55,660 bases of DNA from Phoronis australis (lineage: Eukaryota; Animalia; Phoronida). The notes beneath the pieces are model-generated. The model had not been told where the DNA came from. It did no database searches and was given only the letters and a program-made list of their open reading frames with translations. Positions 1 to 9,500 of the stretch are shown piece after piece (within the stretch, counting starts at the first letter, position 1; each line of letters starts with the position of its first letter). Location: the NCBI GenBank assembly GCA_002633005.1, contig NMRA01000062.1, positions 1,161,991 to 1,217,650 on the forward strand. Direction: 5' to 3'. Both the position numbers and the translations under genes were made by a program.

Positions 1-417
1 TGTATTTTGAAGTGAATATCTTTTTATGGGGATACACTATCGCCCCTGTATGCCTGCGCCATTCAGGCCTAGAGCGGGTTAAGTTCCAATTTCAGTCCGT
101 TCACAGCTTCGCACAACATAACAAGGTCACATTTTCTTCGTCTATTCACAGTTATTCCACGACCCGTCTACCATATCTTAAGTTGTTTTAACGTTTTAAG
201 CGTAAAATTCACCAAAAGAACTCCAGTAAGTTTTAGCGTGTGTAGCAAAGACTCGGGGCAAAACAAGAGCAATATGGCGGGTTTTGCCCCCTTTCCGGTG
301 ACGTCACAGTGACTAGCGAGAAACTCGCAAGGGAGCTATTCAACTTGTTTGTTTGCCGATATAACAATATGTCGGCGGTCTTCACTGGGTTTTATTGAAC
401 AAATAACCTATTTCCAG

Positions 418-543
418 GCACAACGCTTTGCATGGCGAACAACCTGACCTGTTCCCACTTCTGCAAATTCAATGCAACTTCTGAATATAACTCGTGCGGC
501 TGTCCCCTGGGTTACAATTTGACGGATCCCGAGAACTGCACGG
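418..543 (+). CDS. Exon: EGF-like domain (TTLCMANNLTCSHFCKFNATSEYNSCGCPLGYNLTDPENCT)
   Basis: ttccag acceptor and G|gtaagt donor; 126 nt; phase 1-1; six-Cys EGF spacing. Not in the ORF track. Confidence 0.88.
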
Positions 544-3500
544 GTAAGTATTGCTTGCCCTTATGGTCCTACAAAAGTTAGATAAAGTAATCAATTGACC
601 TATCTCAAGGTCCGCCCCTTGCAAAAAATCGACGAACAAGCAATAAGCGCCTTGGAAAAGACGATGTGCCCAGCCTGCTGCGTCCTGTTTAGTCAGTTAA
701 CCCGTCACTCAAAATCCTGGCGACAGGCTAATTATAAGGAAATTAACTACTTGTATTTTAACCGCATGTTTTTTTCACTTGCGCTTATTACTCATTCAAA
801 ACTGCATCTAGCTCTGTTCAACTGACTAAAAAACGAAGATTGATATGGGCTTTTTACTCTCATAAAATAGGTTTTCTGACCCCGATACGAATCTCTGTTT
901 CCGATACCAACAAGAACACGGAAACCATTAGGGTCTCAAGAAAGCTCTTCCTAAATTATTGGAGCTTTGCCAATACTGAAATTGCGAATTCAAAATGGCG
1001 CATAGACACGTGACGTGTGCTTTGATTTTGTAGCGGAAATGAAATCCTATCAAGGTGAGAAATATTATGAGACCAATTTATTGCGTGTGTAAAGTCTAAT
1101 TTGATGTTCGCGTTTTAGTCACCTAAACAGGGAGACATGCAGCTACTTTCGAAAATTTTTAGGATGTTTGCACTTCTTTTTCCTAGATATCGACGAGTGT
1201 ACTAACGCGGCTAATTTCTGTCAACAACCTCGCCATTGTGAGAATACAAACGGGGGATATAAGTGCGGCTGTGATGACGGATACTCTCTGGACACTGATG
1301 AGCGATCATGTAAACGTAAGTATATTTTTCAACGCGGTAATTCCTAGCTGCTGTCATAGCTCTACCCAATTCTCCCTTTCACCTTTTTTAAAAACAGTGA
1401 ACAGATTTCTTGAACAAAAAAGCTGTTTGTCAGTGCTACTGATACATTACTGGCATAGGTGTATCCAAAAAAATTTAATCATACCCGAGAGGATAACCGA
1501 ATAGATTACAGTCTGTGCATTCGGATTTATTGTTTGGAGCGCGACCCTCGTCGTTGGCACATAAACGTATTCATTGAAGCACTGTGATGCTTATTGGGAC
1601 CAACGAGCCCAGTGAAGCTGTGTTGCAACCACGACTCGTTATTTTATCATCAACAATAAGCATTGTGTTTAGTTTCTGCCGCAACAACAATGCAGAGAAG
1701 CTAACCAAAAGTAATGTCTGTGACCAGAAGAACATCGTTAGCAACTTGAAGTCTTGCATATTGCGAAAATGCATATCGAACGGGTGGAAACACGTACATG
1801 TCGCGACTTTAAATTCCAGGTGGTAATAATCTGCCGCTAATTTCCGTAAATACATGTAGGCTCACACAAAATAGGCCCATGGTCGTATTTTAGGAAAAAC
1901 TGTTAAAGTACGCCCATGGGCGTATTTTCGGTACATATTTAAATATTTTGAAAATCTGCATGAGCTGTTCTGAAATACTTGTGTAATATGCTTTGGTGTC
2001 AACTTCTGTTTATTTTGGCAATTTCACTGAAACGGTTATCATTTAAGGAGATATTGGATTACTTTGTAAGTAATTAATTGTGTAAGCACACTATGAATGA
2101 AAGTTTAACGACAGTTTCTGAAAACGCGCCCGGGCGTATATTTGGTTTCAATTTACGTTTTTGTTTTTGGAAGGTCATTTTCCGAACATCCGCCCATGAG
2201 CCTATTTTCGTGAATTCCCGGTAACTCCAGATTCGGATCAGAAGTCCCAGTACTCCCGGCCCGTTCACCTAAAATCCTCAAACATTCTCTCTCTGTACTT
2301 GTATCTGATGACCAAAATCCAGTCTTGTGGACCACATTCCATGTCCGGCTTAGGTCGTGGTTGGAGTTTGGTCACCGGATATGAGTCATATTTGTGCTAG
2401 TATGGAACTGGGGGGCGCGGCTCTGAGTATTTGTACTGCTGATTTGGCGTCTTCTGATATGGGACCAAAGTTCAGCGTAGTCGTGGGCAGAAGTTAGAAA
2501 TGCAGTCGTGTAATTTCCCAACCATTTGTCATCTCAACTGTGGATGTATATGATTCGTTACATTGAAATGCAGCCCATTAGACCTATCTCTAATCCCCGG
2601 CTAAACCAGACTCACAAACCACAAAGACGGGATTTATCATCGTATCAAGTGCGCATTGTACGTAAATTTCTTCAGCTTGCGATGTCCTCCATTGGGGCCC
2701 GAACTGCAATAACACCTGTGACTGCGGGACGAGGGCTCTCACCTGTAACGCTACGATTGGTTGTACTGACTGCCGAAAAGGTTGGACAGGAATGGGTTGC
2801 ATTGACGACGTAGATGAGTGCCAAAATTTGACCAGCGTATGTACTCAGGCAGAGTACTGTGTGAACACAAATGGTTCATATTCTTGCTTGTGTAAGGTGG
2901 GCTTCGCCAGAAAGAACGGCACATGTGTTGGTAAGTTTAACCCGTCAAAGCTGCCTTCAATTGACCATTCTTAAAATTTAGGCATGGCTGACATTGTTGC
3001 AATGCCAAAACGAGCCTCGAACAGCGTAACTGTGATCTCGCTTGACCCGTCTATCCGCTTGAGTTGAGTTCGTGCCCCTAACTAGAAACAATTCAATTAT
3101 ATTTTTGTGCGTTCGTTCAGAGAAAGGGTATCACATATATGTTATCAATAATGAATGTTTCATTAAACAACTCGTACCTGGCGTAAAAGCGATGGAATTT
3201 TTCTCCTCCATTCTGCAAATTTCTGGAACGATCGCATGTATTTAAATTTTGAGCCGGCTGACTCTTCAGCAATGACCTCGTTTCAAAAATTGCGTAAGCT
3301 ATGTAAATCAGCTATGTGGATTTTTTAGCCATTTCACCTTGGCAAAGCTGTCACCAGCTCGTGGTTTACGTTGCTTTGTTAATAATGGATATTTTCGATG
3401 AAGAGCCTGGGCGTCAATTTCTCATCAAGTTCCTTTTTGTTCCCAAATAGCACCCTGAGCGCTGTTTAACAAACAACAATTTTGACAAGTAATTTTTGTT

Positions 3501-6500
3501 CCGGAAAAGGGACCGTGAGCGTCATTTATTATTCCGTTTTGTGGTGATGGGTGTTTTATTTTGTCGACCATAAAACATACAGGAATTATTTGTTTGGTTT
3601 CGCTGAAATTAAATAGCATTAATTTCTTCGGAAATGGTGCCAATGAAAATAACTGAGAAGTACTTGACTTGTTGGCTTCACGAGTTTGCATAATGTTTTT
3701 GTTGCCCTGAATGTGAGCAGAACTTTTTCGCTTGGCAGACATTGACGAGTGTGCAACTGGAGACAACACGTGTGACCAGAACGCAGAGTGCACTAACACG
3801 CTTGGTAGTTTCAACTGCATGTGCAATCAAGGATATCAAGGGAATGGAACTGTCTGTTGGGATATAGACGAGTGTAAATCCGTTTCGTGTCACGAGAATG
3901 CCACGTGCATGAACACAATGGGAAGTTACAAGTGTCAATGCAACATTGGCTTATCCGGTGACGGTGTACGTGACTGCTTTCAGATAAATGTAAGTGAACT
4001 TTTCGTCATATTCAAGACAATAATGTAATCTTCCGTTGCCATTGGTCTTCTTTAACTTAGTTCAAAACACACGTGTTTACATTTGATGTAGGGAACGGCG
4101 CTAAGCAAGTTGCGTCCTCGCAATCTTGTGAACTTAAAAATGGCTTCGAATTTTAAAACATGGGCACGTTCGACGTTACCGGTGCGTTAGAAAATGACCA
4201 AAGAATAAATCGGACGATGAGAAAACGTTTCAACAATCGGCATGGTCACGCATATCCGAAACTCTTTTGGTATTTTCGTAACCTCCAATTATCACTCGAA
4301 GGTGTTTCACATCTCCGCTGTTTTGATTGAATGCGTAGATACGAAACACCTCCCAGCTATAATTTGAGGTTAAGAAAATGGCAACGCGCACCAGATGGGT
4401 CGAACCCCATCGGTTTTGCCGAAGAATTTGAAGGCGTGCTCGGATGTGTGCTGGTGGTGGTACATCTACTCGTAGTTCAAAAAATGGAGCAATTGTAAAC
4501 CAATGACATTACATTAAATTGGAAAAAAGTACAACATTTTAAATTTTGGTTGTCACCACAAATTTCGATAAGAATTGCAGGTAAAGTATTCGTTATTTGA
4601 CTTCGTGCGGTGACTCAAGATCTTTACAAGATTGCAAAACAAAACCTGAGTTTTCACTTGCGAGCTGCAGGTCACCAATTCAAGCCCATGTAAATTCCTA
4701 TCCATTTGTAAGCTTGATATAACAAAGGCTTGAGATCTTACATGTAAATTACACGACCACGAAAATTTCTTGTTGTCTACGACAACGCCTTTGGAGATTT
4801 GAGCTCAAATACGTTCAATGAAATCACAGCAACTGATCTTACATATACTGAGGAAACCAAATGACTAAGCCCGATGATTCCATGGTTTCCTATCATACCA
4901 AGTGGCAATAACTCCGCAGATGTGTTGAGTTTAGTAGAACGTAAGTGCGACTGATCAAAAACAAGTGGTACCTAGAATGTAGACAACTCTGCGACCGGGA
5001 ACGTTCTCACACTACTTGTTTTTGTGCAAATTAGACTTTCGAGTCTACTTGCTGATACACATACCAACAGTGAGCAACCCAAGTTTAAAATATATTTCCA
5101 GGAATGTGCATTCAAACTTGACAACTGCAGTTCTGGTGCCATTTGCACAGATTTACCCTTACTCTTTTCGTGCGATTGCAAACATGGTTATGTCGGAAAC
5201 GGAACTACGTGCAATGACGTCAATGAATGCACAAATGAGAGTCACGGTTGTCACGTGAATAGCACGTGTGAGAATACCGATGGGAGCTTTTTGTGCACAT
5301 GTAATGGCGGCTTCAAAGGAGACGGTGTCAACTGTACTGATATTGACGAATGTGATACTGGTTCCAACGATTGTCACACAAACGCAACCTGCACGAATAA
5401 AGCTGGTGGGTATTCGTGTATGTGCAACCCAGGTTTCAGTGGAAACGGTTCAACCTGTACTGACGTCGACGAATGTGACATTGGCACCAGCAATTGTCAT
5501 GCAAATGCTACTTGTAAAAATGTCGATGGTGGGTATTTGTGTATGTGCACCAAGGGTTTCAGTGGAGATGGTTTCAACTGTACTGATGTCAATGAATGCG
5601 CTAATGACAATGACAAATGTCATGCGAACGCCACTTGCACAAACACCAGCGGTGGATTTTTGTGTGAATGCAACAAAGGCTTCAGCGGAGATGGTGTAAA
5701 TTGTACTGATGTCGACGAATGCGCTAATGGCAATGACAATTGTCATGCGAACGCCACTTGCACAAACACCAACGGTGGGTTCTCTTGTACGTGCAGCGAA
5801 GGTTTTAGCGGAGATGGTGTAAATTGTACCGATGTTGACGAATGCGCTAATGGCACTGACAAATGTCATGTAAACGCCACTTGCACTAACACCAAGAGTG
5901 GATTTTCGTGTGAATGCAACAAAGGTTTCAGTGGAGATGGTGTAAATTGCACTGATGATGACGAATGCGTTAACGGCATTCACAACTGTCACGCAAACGC
6001 CACTTGCACAAATACACATGGTGGATATTCGTGTAGTTGCAGAGGAGGTTTCAGTGGAGATGGTCTAACCTGTACCGACATTGACGAATGTGCTGATGGC
6101 ATTGACAACTGCCATGCAAACGCTACTTGCACAAATACCGATGGTGGATATTCGTGTAGTTGCAGAGGAGGTTTCAGTGGAGATGGTCTAACCTGTACCG
6201 ACATTGACGAATGTGCTGATGGCATTGACAACTGCCATAAGAATGCTACCTGCACGAATACTGATGGTGGTTTCTTGTGTACGTGTATGGTTAGTTACCA
6301 GGGAAATGGTGTCAACTGCACGTTTGAAGAACCGCCTGTTACCCAACAGCCTGTTACTTCTGGAAAGCCTTTGATAACACAACAGACATCATCAACACAG
6401 CAGCCTTCAATGCAACACGTTTTAACCACAACCGAGACTTCGCGTAAGTTTTCCTTTGATATTTCATTGGCCAATGTAGACCACTGACTGTATCATATCG

Positions 6501-9500
6501 TTAGCACGCTATGCTAGTGTACTGTATGTCTCTGTTAGCGAGAGTCAGGAAGTGATAATGGTACTCAATGGTACTCGGCGCGACTAAGTGATTGGCAGCG
6601 GACACGGCATTATGCTTTATCTGGTACATTAATATCCCTTGTTGTCATTGGAGAGTAATCGTATGGTGTATATGTTACGTTCATGATGCATAGAATATTG
6701 ATGAATTTAATTTCGTTTTAAGAACTAAGGCTTCCCGTCACTTATTACCATATTGTTAGCGCAATCCGTTTCTCTATTATAGCTATAACAGCTTTTGTGG
6801 ACGTTTCCGTTGAACTAGAACTCCCATTCATTGACGTATACGAAAACTTAACGCACCAAACAACAACAGCGTTCGTTACGGTTATCAAAGCAGAGGTAAG
6901 ATGGTGATGGATTGACATATTCCGACTTTCGAACCGCTGCATGGTGTTTGCATTGTTTGATATCTAACGTGGTTTGTCTTTCTCATAACTTAAGCAAACA
7001 CAATTGGATTTTTTTCCAACAACCGTTTGTAAAAACTGTCGAGTTTATCTAATGCGTATTCATGTTGGATTCCAGTTGACAAAGTTGTTGGAAAATGCCG
7101 TAAATGATCTCAAAGATGTGATAATCACGAAACTCAGGTAAGCCATTATTTATGTGAAACGCAACTTTTGCATTGCCACTCCATGAGAATGGGATCGATA
7201 TTCTGTCTGTCGTGGGTTCTCCGCCGTTACTTCGTGGTGACCAATGATTATTTTTCAAGGGAATTGGTGAAACTTAAAGCAGCGGCTCCAGTAAATGTTC
7301 AAGTAGATTTGATTGACGTAACCCACGTTTCCGTTCCCAACACCACGGTTCTTGTATGCTAAGATGATATGACAAAGGTTAATGTTCACGGAGGACCACG
7401 TTCTTGTATATATTACTGTATGCGACGTGTCGTTGCCATTCAAATACAGTTGTAATTGCGTATCCATTTTCTGGGCCGCTTGTCAGCATGTGCCACTTTC
7501 TGCTCTTTATTTCTGCACTAATGGTCACCATTCTCTTAAAGGTGTATTTTTGTGCTCTTAACAATGCTAATGTATAGCAGGAAGTATACGACATTGTTAT
7601 TGGAACATCCTCTACGCTAAACTAAGTGCAGTTGTATTCATTGACAACTTGTAAATGTGAAAATGAAAAATTCTGAAAATAAGTGACCTTTCCACTAATA
7701 ACACACCTTGGGGGCTCACATCATGCAGTGTTATTCCCCAAAGCTACGTCACGATACTTACTGAACACCGTTGATAGTACTGATTTACAACGGAGTATTT
7801 TTGACACAAAACTCGTTCTTAAATCATTTCTCAATTTTCAACGTACTTCAAATTCACATTCACTCTATATCCTGTGTTGCTGACTAATTTGACCAAGAAA
7901 TCACAGAGGTAAGGAATTATCGTGCAAGTTCAAATTTAAATACAAACTGCATTTGATCATTTCAGGAGAGGTAGCGTCATTGTGGATTATCGAGTAATCC
8001 TGGACACGGTGTTACCCTCTGGCGGACACCAAGGGCTACTAAGAAATATAACCCGGGCTGTAGCGGAGAAGGGAAACCTTTCCATTGGGTCGCAGAAAGT
8101 ACCAGCGCAGCCTGTTGGAACTGATAGTAAGTGCATATTGCTGTGCATGTATTGTCGCCCTGGCGAAAATACATGTCGTTGACAATGTCATAAATATTCG
8201 AACCAGTCACGTACTGCTGCTGACCGCTAGGGGGCAACCATGTGTATCGCGTGCAACACTATATGGAATCACAATAAGCCTACCTAAACTAGGTTACAAA
8301 AGTTGCAACGAGAGGACGTAGCGTCAAAATTCTGGCGACTTGGATGGTAGACATCTAAAGCAGTGTAAAGATTACTGGCACCACAAAGTGTGTAAAAATG
8401 TGGCGAATTACCTTAAATATGCCGCCTCTCAGCCGTTAACAACACTCGCATTAGTTATGTTATTCTCCATGCGAGTCATTATAAAGGAGGTTAAAAACTC
8501 TGGCGGTGTGCCTCAAGAATGTGGAAGACTTCTTAAAATTTGGTTGGCTTTGTTTCAGTAACTTGCGAAAACCTCGTGAGCTACTGCAGAAATGGTGGAA
8601 CTTGTGTTGATGGTGACGGCAGCGTTAACTGCAGGTAAGTTGTTCTAAATTCATTTATGTGGAAGATCGCATGTATACAATACCACGATCTTAGTATACT
8701 TCGAACTAACTTGACTTTGCCTTTGATTAGAATTTTGGTCCGGGTAACATAATGATAGACCAGAGAATTGTGCGGCTGAGATACTGTCAAACTCACGAGT
8801 GACTAGCTTTGCTGCCAGCATCTTTAATAATATTGAGTTTGGCTTTGTATCTGAAACAATAATTTAAAATCTTCCCGCCGCTCAGTTCAAAGATGTACTA
8901 TAATTTACAGCTGTTCCGCTGGGTGGCGGGGTGCAACATGCCACCTTGTCGTTGTCGGACCGACACAAGAAGAGATAGCCATCATTATCGGCACCACCAT
9001 AGCCGGCGTTGTTCTCATCGCCATCGTTGTCATTGTCTGCATCTGTGTATGGTACCGACGACGACGAGAGAAGAGAACAAGAAACAGGCAAGATGTCTCC
9101 GTACTTGAATTATTTGCATAAATACAAGGAATTCAAGTTCAAACTAAATGATCTTGTGTATCGTATTTCGCGTCTGTTGGGGGTGTACTGGCCAGTACTG
9201 AGTTTTGGAAAGTAAACTTTTACCCAAGTGTTCATACACAGGTAGTTCAAATACAGACGCAGTTTGGTAACGGATAAATCGAGTTTCACAAATACAGGCG
9301 AAGCTTACAAACGAGCACATGAACTAACATGCACGTATACCGTACTCGCTTTATGTCAGTATATAATTTTAAAGGTGTATAGCCCCTCTTCATATTATGA
9401 TTCGACTTAGGTTCTCTATGTCAAAGCATCCACCAGGTGCTTTGCCCACCTAATTAGTATGTTGCTTTTGTAGCTGTTTTTATCTGGTCGAGTTCGTTAA

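Noticed and set aside
5024-5101. N-terminus of the 487-aa ORF as a real start
   Set aside because: It lies upstream of the ttccag acceptor and is intronic. The ORF's last residues after 6443 are intronic too.
5159-6382. Overlapping antisense and alternate-frame ORFs (189, 143, 88 aa and others)
   Set aside because: They are shadows of the repetitive EGF exon and have no independent features.
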